The notes below the pieces were generated by a model, which saw only the letters and a list, made by a program, of their open reading frames with translations, did no database searches and was not told the origin of the DNA. From the NCBI GenBank assembly GCA_964304625.1, contig OZ199838.1:11818324-11882323 (forward strand): a DNA stretch of 64,000 nucleotides. The letters are read 5' to 3'. Origin of the DNA: Kudoa neothunni. Its lineage: Eukaryota; Animalia; Cnidaria. The position numbers and the translations under genes were made by a program. Shown here piece after piece: positions 51,898 through 64,000 of this stretch (position 1 is the first letter of the stretch; every line of letters begins with the position of its first letter).

Positions 51898-52371
51898 TTT
51901 TTTTGTTTACAAGGTAAAACCACTGGCGCAACTTATTAGGTTGTGGAATTCTGGTTGGTCAGACCTCTTCCATTAACGCTTTAGGCACCGCAAGACGTAG
52001 CATGAAACCCCGTCGCTTATCTTTATGCGGTAGTGTGGGGCTTTACCCCACTAAGCATCCCCGTCTCAGGGCGACCACCATCCCAAACCCTATACCTTTA
52101 AGGACGTTGGCTCTGCGGGAACTGCAAACCATTTTGTCTGTCGATGGGTTCCGGAGATTCAAACTCCTATTCACGCTCATCCCACTTCATGCAAATCTGG
52201 CTGCCAGTGCATCCCACTCCACAGCGAGCGTACACGTTAACCACAGCCCCCAAATATGGGGTAGAGACCCACCGACACGGAAGCAGTAGTCTGACCACCG
52301 GCGGATTCGAACCCATTACCTCAAGGTTCTGAGTCAGAGTGTCACACCAATGTGCTATCTGTCCACGGTTA
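51898..52371 (-). mobile_element. tRNA-derived SINE (~474 bp) with 14-bp TSD
   Basis: Head with A-box TAGCACATTGG and B-box GGTTCGAATCC; GC-rich body; A-rich tail. Direct repeat GTTTTTGTATGTTG at 51884-51897 and 52372-52385. Confidence 0.85.
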
Positions 52372-52999
52372 GTTTTTGTATGTTGAATACCGTTAGGGTT
52401 TGAAAAATCATGGCGCACCGACAACAAATGTGACCTACGACTGTTATATTGCAACGCTTGTATAGAAAAATATTTAGATATCGATTATTTTATAAACTCA
52501 TTTAAAATAAAATCCAATAATAGACATATATACATATATACATATAGTCGTTTCTAGATATGGCGCAACCAGTTAATATTAACCCATAGCGATTTTTCGT
52601 TCCCTTTTCGGCACGGTCTTCACACCTCTCTACAACTTACAATAATTTGTTTAATAATGTAATTCTAGGATATATGATTCACATAAATAATTTCTATATA
52701 ATACGAAAATATTAATTAAATATATTTCACATTGCGCCAGATACTGTTCTATATTACCCTTGTAAAGTGATCACTACAAATAGAACAGGAATTCCACTTG
52801 GCTGTTATTTATAAATATTATATTTTCAATATATAATAATACAAAAACAAAAGTTTAATATAAGTGAAAATAAAACAAAAGGTATAAGAGTGCTACAAAT
52901 AGTTATCAAAATAAAACGGTGCCGAAAAAGGCAAGATAAACAACCGACGTGCGATTTCTCAATTAATCTTTTTGTTGCTCTCGCACTAAAAGCTTCAAG

Positions 53000-54230
53000 G
53001 TGAGGTACAGAAACTTAGTTGATGCTATCGAAAATATTGATAGCTTATCAAATACTGTTGATTTTGTGTTCATACCCCAAAATCTTATGGATACATTGGC
53101 TTATGAACGATATGAATTCGTTCACAGAGACTACGTCAACATTGATATTTGATTTGTTCCCGATATATGTGGCGAAGTAGAAATCCTCGTTAATTTCTAA
53201 AATGACGAAAATATCGAAAATGGCGGATCATTATTATATAAAATCATCCCCTGTTTCGTTCAACCACGAACGCAATAAATGAAGACATGACAACCTATAG
53301 TACAGACGATATCTATAATGATTACTCAGACATGTATGAGTCGTATGAAAATTTTCTTGAATTTGTTAATGAAAACTTGTTATTACATATCGTAAAAAGA
53401 AAATTTGCTCGTTAAACAAAAGAACAACCATAAATTTCATTTGACGATAAAGGAACTCAAATGTTTCGTCGGAATTTAACTATTAAGGGGATATAATAAA
53501 TTATCCCAGAAACGTATGTAATGGGAATCTACTACGGGAGGTGACGTTTAACTAGTGAAAAAGTCAATTTCATGCAGTAGATTCAAGTTAATAAAGATAC
53601 ACCTACATTTTGACGACAATTCAGAGTTGTTTAAAAATGATTAACTTTTCAAAGTAAGGCCACTACTTGAAAAAAATGAATTACAATCTTAAAAAATTTG
53701 ATTTTTTTCATAACTTTGCAATTGACGAGCATATGATACCATACACCGGTTATCACACCCGCAAAGTGTACATGTAAGGGAAACCGGTTCGTTTTGGCTT
53801 AAAGAAATGGAGTTTAGCATCTTTTAATGGTTATGTTTCAGCTTTCATGCGTACTCTGGTAGGTTAGAATTGTATTGCAAATATTTTGGTTTAGGCGATA
53901 ATGTTGTGTTAAAATTAATCAAAGAACTTGATGGAAGAAGTGATATTCGTGTTTTTTTTGGATAATTTTTTCATCTCATAAATTAATGGCTGAAATGAAG
54001 AAGAGAGATGCAAATGTCATGTGAACAGTGAGGTTAAAGCGGACGTTTAAATGCCCATCGATAGATCCTAAGGTAATGGAAAAGAAACCTAGAGGTTTTT
54101 ATTAGACCAACGAAGATTTTTCAACCAAGATAATTGATTTTTATTGGGATGATCGCAACCAACTGACTTTATCAGCAATATGCTTTCTGTTGAGCTGGCT
54201 CAACATTCAAAACTTTGTTGTTAAATCAGA
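53000..54230 (+). mobile_element. Degenerate piggyBac (PGBD2/3-like) transposase remnant
   Basis: AIDEHMIPYTGYHTRKVYM*GKPVRFG (~53720-53800), LHFDDN, DNFF; many stops and frameshifts; ends not defined. Confidence 0.8.
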
Positions 54231-54599
54231 AAGTGGCACAGTAGTGTATGGATCGTGCGCAATATGGCTCCAACGCAATTTTTAAAATTACTTGCCTGCT
54301 ACTTATTTTGTTTTAATTCAAATTTAAATGGACAGTTCAATAAAAAATAAATAATTTTTCAACAAATAATTGATTTTCAACAAAATATTAATGCTGAAAA
54401 CTTACTGTATGGATCCAACGTAAAAATGGTTCGAGCGCAGCGCTTAATCTGAACTTTGCAAAAAAATAATGGATGAGTCGAAAATTTTAGCGAAACGAAA
54501 CCACTTTACACTACCAAAAACCCCGATATTACAAGGTTTTACGAGTTCATATCATATAACAAAGATGTTAAGTTTCAAGCGACGGAAAGGTTTATCAAT

Positions 54600-55000
54600 A
54601 AAATAGCACGATAATAAAAAGGTCTAAATGACCAGTTCCATTTTTGTATTTTTTCTTGAAAAATAGAATAGGAAACCCACCAAAAAATATTCGTCTAATG
54701 TAACACTGCAATTTTTCTTCGAACACAACCAGTGTGCTTCAGCCACTGGATCATGGAATTATTATAGTTTTAAAATGATGCACAAAAGAAATCTAATTAC
54801 GTCATTTATGCATCAGATCGAATTTCAAAATTGTGGCTACATTACAACTAATGTCATAGATGTTATTTATTTGACAATCAAATTATGAGAATATACTAAT
54901 ACGAAAACCATAGTTAACTGCTTTAGGAAATCAATTTTCCTCTCTGAAAATCAACTAGATGATGATTCCTATGATGTTCCTGACGATAATCAATTAAATA
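54600..55000 (+). mobile_element. Tigger/pogo (Tc1-mariner DDE_1) transposase fragment
   Basis: NTTSVLQPLDHGII at ~54722-54765 and TIVNCFRK at ~54907; degenerate. Confidence 0.7.
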
Positions 55001-55376
55001 TGGCATAATTGAGCTAATTGAAGGGGAAAAATCACTAGAATTAACAAATCCTATTGAAGAAACTCTTGAAGCAGCACAGTCGACGCCCCTGATATTTTGA
55101 CAACACCAGATTTCCTTGACTTCAACAGGAATGATGACGACTCTGATTATACTGATAAAGTTATTATATCAAACCAAGAGTAACCATATTAATTTGCAAA
55201 AGTTAGAACACTCTTTCTAAATAAAATTTTGTCAATGCTTTATAATATAAACCGAACTTAAACTGGCTGACTCAGTATTTAAACAATTTTTTCAGAACAA
55301 AAAATATAGAACCACATTTTAATAACAAAAGGTATACAAGTTATTTTTTGCTTAAAATTAAATTATTATTAATTAA

Positions 55377-57564
55377 CCCATTCAGGTTTTCAATATTAAA
55401 AAATTATAAGAATTAAAATTATTATATATTATTAATAGAAAATTATTAATTTGAATATAAAATTAAACTGAGATAATAGGTTAAAAAAATATTGCGATTT
55501 TATGAATGTATCATTTTCGATACATAAAACCCCCGAGAACGTGCATGCGCAAAAAATATAACTCAATTAATTAATATTATATAAGAATAATTGTTTTAAT
55601 TATATTATTACGACATTATATTGAAAATTATTAGTCAACTGTGAAATAGGGCGATGCATTTTGTATGGAGTCTGGTGGAGCACCCTTTACAAAAATATAC
55701 GGTGATTTTATGGCATATGGCGCATCTCAGTCTTTTTCCAGATTTATCAGTTGTTATTAGGGGCTTTGGGCACATATTAGATTTAATAATTTGAGATAAT
55801 TTGGATTTTTTCTTGTTAGGTACATCATATGAGGGTTTTATCAAATTTGACACGATTGCTCTGGTGTGCTCTAAAAGATCAATAGGTTTGTCTGTTAAGG
55901 AATTATAAATTTTCCAGGAGTTAACAACACACATGGATATCAGGTTTGTGAAAATTGGCCGATACCATTTTTTTCATCTTATAGAAATTCTATAATTGGC
56001 AATACCATTATCGGCCAAATCAACACCACCCATGTTTTTGTTGTATTTATGTATCATTTGAGGCTGGTCCATAATTATATTTTTGTTATCCTTTTTGGAG
56101 TATTTTTTTATGGATACTAATGGATAACATGTGTAGTGGTTGTTCATTACAATAACCGGCTTCGTGTCATTCCATTGGGAACAATAAATTTGATGAGAAT
56201 CTTCATATTGTTCGAAATATCCTCTTTTATTTTTGGAAAAAACATTAGAGCAAAAAAGAGGACACTTCCCAGTTCGATTCGGTCTTACTGTGCCAGTAGC
56301 CGCCTCATTCATTTCCTTCAACAACTTTAGTAATTTGTAGGATGTAAAGAAGTTATCAATATAAAGATCCACTTCATTTAAATCATCAATATCCTTTAGA
56401 AAATTTAAAACCACATTCTCACCGAGACAAAATTGGTTATTTGCTCTTTCTTTACCGCAATAAATTTTGAAGCTGTATATATGACCAGACTTGCTGGCCA
56501 TAATCCATAACTTGAATCCGAACCTTACTGGTTTGCCTTTTATAAACATTTTTGCCGAGTGCATACCAAAATAAGGCACCATTTGTTCATCAATTGATAA
56601 TGTTTTATCAAAAATCCCGAACTTTTTAAAATTAGCATTCAATTTATCGATTAACGGCCTTAATTTAGCTATTTTATCGCTTACATCGATTGAGTTGTTA
56701 TCAGCAAAGTGTACATAACTTTTAATTTCTTTAAAACGTTTTAAAGTCATGGCTTTTTTAACTAATTGGACGCCAGAGTTTTCGGCAGTTTCCCAATACA
56801 TTTTCTGTCTTGGTAAGTTATGATAACCAGATAATATAAGTATGCCTATGAAATTTTTCATTTCATCAACAGATACGTGAAAGTCATGATCACTCCTCTG
56901 GCGAGAGTAAATATTTGTCTGCTTAACTATTTTCAATACAAGATTGTCATCAAATAATTGCTTATATATTTCATATGAATCTAAATTTTGTTAAAATAAC
57001 AGATTTAATTAAAAAAATCTTTTCATTAAATTCTGTTTCTCCCGGGCCCCCTAAAGTAGTAAATATTTCAACATGACTCGCAATATCATGGATATCATTG
57101 TCTCTGATGATGTTATCGCAAATTTCGTCTAAATTTTCGATTGCATCAGGTAATTTTAAATACTCAGTGACGTTCATTTTGAGAGTTTACCGAAAACACG
57201 TGGGTTTTATGTATCGAAAATGATACACGCGGTAAAGTATATTATTTCCGCAATCAGTTTAGGTATGATGTTTAAATTGAATATAATGTAAAATTAATTC
57301 AAAAGATAATATATGTTAGCAGTTGTAGTTTCTTCTAGCGCAATAGAAACATTTTTTCGTTCTAATGCTCATACTTAGGCGGACGGAAAAAAAAAAGAAT
57401 CAATAAAACTTCCAAATAAATAATTTTACATTTATATCGTTATATTATAAACAATTTTTATTTTTTACTTAAACTAAAATGGAAAAAAGCGGATATATTA
57501 TTTATATATAGATATACAATCGAAATACTGGTGTATCATTTTCGATACATAAAACCCGAATGAG
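55377..57564 (-). mobile_element. Full-length piggyBac element with nearly intact PGBD2/3-like transposase
   Basis: TTAA at 55373-55376 and 57565-57568; imperfect TIR CCCATTCAGGTTTT / AAAACCCGAATGAG; subterminal repeat TGTATCATTTTCGATACATAAAACCC three times. ORF motifs SIDEQM, GKPVRFG, DNFFTS, MGGVD and a C-terminal Cys-rich domain. One in-frame TGA at 55974-55976. Confidence 0.93.
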
Positions 57565-57603
57565 TTAAACACAGTTATTTTCCCCAACGCATGCGTTATT
57601 CGA

Positions 57604-58820
57604 ATGTGTCCAGTGCTAAAATGGATGCAACGCAGTGGTTTTCGTCTTCCCTATTTCTGCGTCACATCCATACATTACTGTATCTATCAAATGTTGCGAT
57701 TTTATGCTAAAGATACAAGAACTGAACGTAAGAAAAAGTCAAATGATAATTTCGAGGCGATCCGAAACGTTTTTCAAACTTTCAATAATAATAGTCTGAA
57801 AAATTTTTGGTCAGGACCCTACGTCACTGTGGATGAAAGGTTGGTGAAATTTAGAGAAAAACGCCCCTTCCAGGTATGTATGAGGTCTAAGCCAGGTCTT
57901 TGTGGCATCAAATTATGGGTGGCCGCAGATGCCGAAACATCATATCTTCTAAACATACAGCCTTATACGGGAAAGGTTGGCGGATTAAGAGGGATGAACC
58001 AAGGTGCAAGGGTAGTAAAAGACCTTATTTCACCTTTTTACGGCACATGTCGAAGAGTTACAGTCGACAACTTCTTTACGTCTATTCCACGCGCCTAGGA
58101 ACCACTTTCAAATAAACTAACTTTGACTAGAACTATCCGATCCAACAAACGCGAGATTCCTAAAGAATTCCTCAAAAATTCTAGGCGTGAGGTTTGCTCG
58201 TCAATTTTCGGCTTTCATGGAGACCTCACTTTGGTCTCATATGCCCCAAACAAAATTACACTGTGAACCTTCTCTCAACCGAACATAACGATTGTTTGAT
58301 TGAAAATGAGAAGAGAAAACGATTTAGTGTAATTATTCATTGCAATAAAACAAAATGACTGTGCTTTATTCCTGTTCAAAACCAACACGCAAATGGCCAA
58401 TGAAAATTTGTATGGATCTGCTAGACATTGCAGGTTTAAACTCTTATATCTTATTTACCAAAAAATATCACAAATGTCAAAAAAATAATAAAAGCAGGAG
58501 ACAATACTTTATTAGAGAGCTATCCATTGATTTGGCCAGAGAAAATGTTTCTCGACGCTAAACAAATTCTGAAAGATTACCAATCTACATAAAGTATGGT
58601 TTTGGTATTTTTGATGATAATAATAACGATAATAATAATAATAATAAATCAATAAAATCGAATTTACCACAGTTACCAAATAGAAAAAGATGTTCCTTGT
58701 GCCCAAGAAATGTCGACAAGAAAACAATGCTAATGTGCTTCAATTGTCGAAAATTCGTGTGTGCAAAACACAGAGCCCAAAAAAATATTATTGTATGTAC
58801 CGGATGCAGCAAATAGTTTC
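57604..58820 (+). mobile_element. Degenerate piggyBac (PGBD4-like) transposase
   Basis: VTVDERLVKFRE..F.V.M.SKPG..GIKLW; VTVDNFFTS; RKWPM; Cys-rich RCSLCPRNVDKKTMLMCFNCRKFVCAKH. A possible right terminus ...CCGTGCAGGGAAGG|TTAA lies at 61425. Confidence 0.85.
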
Positions 58821-59199
58821 TTTTTAAACAGTGATTATATAGATCTTACTCGATGTAACTATTTAAGCGCCATTTATGATACGCTGATTTTATTGCATCT
58901 TTGGTTCTGCATTACTTTTGAAACGAAAAACTATAATTCTGTGGGAAAAATTAAAATATCTAACGTCTAGTATTAAATCTTGTTTCAAAAAAAGGAAAAT
59001 TTTATTATTTATGCAATTCTGTTACGTAAGGATTATTTTTTTAACTGTTTGGTGTAATACTTTGTGGTATAATTATTTTGCTTTTTCTATATGCTAAAAA
59101 TAAAATCGTTAATTGACATCCAACATTCAAACAAAGGATAAAAACATTCGGAGAAAACGAAGAATGCAGCTAAAATATGTGGTATAGTTAAAAATTTGT

Positions 59200-60953
59200 G
59201 TTAAAGTTTAGTTCCTCCCCTTCGGCGTCCGCCGGTTAACCGTCATAGATAATAATCAGGGTTCACGCTGTTTACACTTTCCGGAGTATGTTTCCTGAAG
59301 TCTTCACTTACAAAAATTTAGATAACCTAAATTTTGAAGACCTATGTTACTTCGAGGATCATCCTGAAGATTTAATTATTTTTTTCCAGCAACTTGATTT
59401 GCTACCAACATCAATGGTTTGTTCTTGTTAAGGTCGAATGATACTTTCTCCAAGGAACAATACTGTTGATGGCTACAGTTTTCTGCTGTTGTTTCAAGTC
59501 ATGCAAGAAGGAATTTTCGTTACGAAAGAACACGTTTTTTCCACCTAGCCCAACTTTCTCTGTATCAAATTTTAAAGATTTTATATTTTTGGGGCGTGGG
59601 AGCGACGGAACAATCTTTCTTAATGAAAGAATGCTGTATTAATTCTTCCGCCATTATTGTGGCTTGGAAAAATTTTATACGTGACATTTGTTTGAGTAAC
59701 TTCATTTGTGACCCAAACAAAGTGGTGGTCCTGGCGTACAAGTCCAAATAGACGAAAGTCGAATCTGTAAGAGGAAGTTTGGGATTGGTAGAATCCTAAA
59801 AAATCAATGTTTATGGATAGTTGGTGGATGAGGATGGAAGAGTCTCTATTGTGGAAACCGAAAAGAGAGACACTCCCACTCCCGAAAATATTATTACCAC
59901 TCATGTTAAAAGGGGATCTGTTATACATACAGATGGATGGCCTGCCTATAGTTCATTCGTTGAACTAGGTTATGAATACGGTCATGAGACAGTAATTCAT
60001 GATAGGGAGTTTGTCTCGTCTACAGGAATCCACAACAATCGAATTGAAGGACTGTGGAGCGCGTTTAATTGAAAATATCGCTTCCTATATTGCCGAATGG
60101 ATATTTAGAAGACTCCACAGGAAGCGTGTTCTTTCTAAACTTTTAGAAGCAATTAAACATACTTATATTTGTGGATTTTATTTTATTGTAAAAATTTATA
60201 TAATCATGTCTTTTTCCAATCGTCAATGGATAAATATCTATAGTGAATTACGGCATTGTTAGGTTTCATTTTAATTAGTGTTGAGTGTTAACCTATTATT
60301 TTTTATAATGATTGTATACATATTTATCAAATAAATTAAAATTTTTGTATAAAATAACAAAATCTTCCGAAAATTAAGTTAACAGACAGATTATTTTATA
60401 TTAACTTAGGCTCATTAGGGTACAATTAAATAGAAATGGCATATGTGATTTTTATCCATCTAAAAACTATTAAAAATTACATTAAGATACAAATATCATG
60501 AGTCGATATATTGTTTTAGTTTATAAATTAAAAAAAAGGACAAAATATAAAAAATATTTACTATGTATCTTTAAAATGTAATCTTATTTTAGGTTTGATA
60601 CCGTTATCTATCATTTGTTTTAAAAAATAACAAATAAAATCCATAATTAAATCAATGATATCTATAACACCATAAAAAATATTCGTTTATATATAATTCT
60701 CAAGTTTAATGATAAAAACATATATTAACTTATTTCATATTATTTTGTTGTGCACGTAAATTGACATCTTATTTTATAATTTATAACATTTATAATAATA
60801 AATATTATACTTTTCTCATTGATATATTTTGTTTAATTACATCTAACTGAAGTAAACTGGATTTTACTGGGTTTATATTTTATGGAACGTGACCCGATTA
60901 TAACCGATGGCGGGTAACCGGGGGACGCCAAAGGGGGAACAGAACTTTAACCC
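59200..60953 (+). mobile_element. Merlin (IS1595/ISXO2-like) DNA transposon, decayed
   Basis: GPGVQVQIDES, GSVIHTDGWPAY, GIHNNRIEGLWS. Imperfect ~45-bp GC-rich TIRs at 59200-59245 and 60906-60953; candidate 8-bp TSD AAATTTGT (59192-59199, 60954-60961). Confidence 0.85.
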
Positions 60954-61949
60954 AAATTTGTATATTTTTATGAATTTATCAGTGAAACGCTTAGTAGTAA
61001 GGTTAATTAGAAAATCTCGAATTTGAGTTACGTAATCTCCGTTAACCGAAAATAAATGAATGTTTTGCATGCCGTGGTGATATTGCGAGTTTCGGCGATA
61101 AATTAATTATCCATTATTCAGTAGTAACATATTATATTTAATTTAAATGTTATATGTTCCTTTTAATGTTTAATTTGTTTTAATTTTAATGCACATAACT
61201 TTGCTTGGTTGCATGATGCCTTAACTCATAAATATTTGCATTTTCTAACCCATATGTGCTAAAAGCTTTCTTAAATGATTCACTCCTGAATTTATCAATG
61301 TTTCAAATATCATAAAATTTATGTTTTAACTAATGAAAAATTGATTAAGGTAAGTTTCTACTTGGATCACTCAGTAACCCCACCGCGGACAGGGCGTGAT
61401 TTTTTCTGAGTCCGTGCAGGGAAGGTTAATAATAAATTTTATAACTAGGATTAATTTTGAACGCGAAATTTTAAAAGAACTGGAAGTCCTATTTAAGTTA
61501 CTTAATGACTTTGTTTAGTAAATAAATGAACTTTAATCGTTAATTAAGTTGCTCATCAAATTAAGGAAATTGTATTTTTGGTAAATAATTTTAAAATAAA
61601 CTTAGAAATACTCATTAATTTCTCTCAATACCTCTATTTATATTTGAATGGAAAGCGCGTGAATAATTTGGTGTATCAAAATCACTACACTGAAAAAATA
61701 ATGTCAAGTTATAAAATGCAACAATTAAATAGAAAAATACAATTTACAGGGTTTAACACGCTAATTAGATTAACTCTTACGTAGAATTTCTTCATTCAAA
61801 ATATAACTAAAAGTAAAAATTTTCCATCACATAGTACAAGAAAAAACTGGGCATTATCACTAATTAGAATAAAATTTAATTTTAAATAGTATCTATCATT
61901 TCATAAGAAGTAGTATAATTATTTTGTCTAGTACAAAGATGAATGACGT

Positions 61950-64000
61950 TTAGTCACTGGCTCTAGTTGCTACAAAAGCCACCCCTCCAATAACCACAGC
62001 CAAAGCACCCAACACTGCGAGAATACTAAAAAAAGAATTATGAACTTTTTTACTATATTTCACATCAAATTACATCCACCAATTCTTCTTCATCCAACCA
62101 CTATATATAAAAAATAAACAATTATAATTAATAATTTATATAATAATTATTGTTACCCAGTTCCTTGTTCTATACAAAATTATATAACAATAAATAGATA
62201 ACCTAATAATTTACTTCCAACTTCAATCTCTTCAATAAGTGCTGCAGATTGTCCATCGCCAGATAACAACTGATAACTGTAATTTTATATCTATATCCTC
62301 AAATACAACGGAGCTTGCACAATCAATATCTTGATCAGTTGGTTTTCCTATTTTCTCAAATAAGAATTTATCCTCGGGATCTTTGGATTGACGGCGTAGA
62401 TAACCACATTACATAAATTCCCTGGCTGAGTTTTGTCTGGTATGATGGTTAATCTCCTTTCATAACCATCAAAAATGATGTCTGGTTTTACTTTATCATT
62501 ATTTTTTCCTAAAAATAAAGTTACAATGCTTTCAAATCAAGATTTAATCACTTAGCAGTCGCGAAACTTGATAAACTGTGTAATCAATGTGGCCAGCATG
62601 AACCAACTCGATATTTATGGTTACATTCACTGGCAAATCCACCACTTCGAATCTGTGAGAACATAAACCCCAACATGGTTTTCCATCAGAACAGGTGGCT
62701 ATTGTTTTTTTAAATCTCTGGATCTCTTGTATCTCACGTAACATGTCATTTTGGAAGATACGACTCATATTCACTTCCTGTTCCTGGGATCATGAGCATT
62801 GTATCACCGAAAAAGAATGTTTGTGTCTCGCTGAATTGTATTGTTTCTAATCATACTAAGTATTTATAATATAATATATGTATACTTGTGGCGAAAATGT
62901 ATTAACAGCGTAGTCAGCACTACTTTTTTGAGTGCCAATTTTCACCTCAAGAATGTATGCTGTGTTGGGAGTCAAAAGCTTTAGCGGTGTCTTATTGTCA
63001 CATGTTTCAGGGCAATTTTCATTTCTCTCTTCCCCACATATCGCAGTCATTGGTAGACGGGAAGTTTCGCGTGTACCAATGATGGAAAACACTTAGGTGA
63101 ATTCTCAAGGTTTGATACTTGATAACTTGCTGAGGTTGTTGTGATATCAGATATAGCAACAGTATTTTTTGTATCTATAAAATATCGTAATTTATAATTT
63201 AGTTAAGCTTATACCTTTAATTTTATATTCTGCATATCCATGTCTAGTTCCAATTTTGACGGTATAATCAGCATTAAGAGCACTATCTTGCCCATCCACG
63301 ACCAATGTGGTGGCTCCACCACAGTACTTGAAACATTTGTCATTGACAGTACTTCCAGTCTGACTACATTTATCCTTATAATCACTGCTCACTTTTATTT
63401 GAAAATTGCAGATCTCATTGTTCAAATATGGATTATGCATTTGTAATGAGAAATCTGTGCGTGAGAGGTGGATTGAGAAGAAGTAAAAGGAACATATTGG
63501 TATTTGTTATCTTTATTGTAGAAAGACTTGTTAGCGTAAAACATGACTTTAGCTTGATTAGCCCCCACAGTAAGAATAATAGGCATTGGACATTGAGTAT
63601 CGAATTGGTATAGTAATGTTATGTAGATTACAGCTGTTATTTTCTACTTTAGCCAAAGTTCTATCATGTTTTGTACTTTTAACTCGGCATTTATAGTTGT
63701 CAGTGCAGAAATTGTTAACTCCGAATTGCGCCTCTTCTTCACTTAATGTTACATTAGTTTCCGGAAGTCTTGGCATATCTATTAAAGAATAAGCTTAAAA
63801 TTATAGGTAATACTATTATTTACCTGCTGGAATCGCTAATATATTAATTTTTCTTCCTTCAACAATTCTGAAATAGTGCATCAACCGTCCACTATTGACA
63901 TTAATCACAACTATCTGATTACATTTCGTTTCGCACACAGGTAGAATGTTTGCTTCAGTGGTTGCTCCAGATATTTTGCATATTGTCTCATTAAATTTTG
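61950..64000 (-). CDS. Gene B3: third B paralog, 5' end beyond the window; apparent frameshifts all in homopolymer runs
   Basis: Collinear with B1/B2 including the microexon and TM exon (..VATRASD*). Single-base indels near 62284, 62385, 62716, 62750, 62897, 63057 and 63562. Confidence 0.72.

Noticed and set aside
51898-52290. Self-cleaving ribozyme or protein-coding ORFs (52002, 52144, 52167) in the SINE body
   Set aside because: No hammerhead CTGANGA/GAAA core or other ribozyme signature was seen by eye. The ORFs are by-products of high GC content.
52290-52365. Standalone tRNA gene
   Set aside because: It is the head of a 474-bp element bounded by a 14-bp TSD, and the acceptor stem is mismatched.
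1-64000. CRISPR array, prokaryotic operon or defence system, or alternative genetic code
   Set aside because: No repeat-spacer array was seen. ORF fragmentation is explained by short GT-AG introns, TE decay and homopolymer errors. The many short antisense ORFs are shadows of real exons.

Overview
AT-rich eukaryotic genomic DNA with many very short (mostly ~35-70 nt) spliceosomal introns. Cnidarian-type Cys-rich repeats, strongly diverged metazoan genes and compact introns suggest a cnidarian, probably a myxozoan parasite (inference). Bases 1-36 kb carry mostly housekeeping genes: a MANSC/PAN-like repeat membrane protein, P4HTM, EMC10, an uncharacterised Cys/His-rich protein, KLHDC10, an SLC27A/FATP, and two divergent tandem COQ6-like genes. 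One member of a Cys-rich FN3-like surface-protein family also lies here (gene C). Bases 36-64 kb hold a minus-strand tandem array of two subfamilies of that family (A1, B1, A2-pseudogene, B2, B3), interleaved with DNA transposons (MULE, hAT-Buster, three piggyBac-type, Tigger/pogo, Merlin) and a tRNA-derived SINE. The best candidate for an undescribed system is this array: type I membrane proteins built from 4-Cys FN3-like modules. Variation is concentrated in one homologous domain, the copies show patchwork identity resembling gene conversion, and a conserved 13-nt juxtamembrane microexon would give a secreted form if skipped. This fits a surface-antigen diversification locus, but assembly artefacts must be excluded. 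Gene models were spliced by eye.
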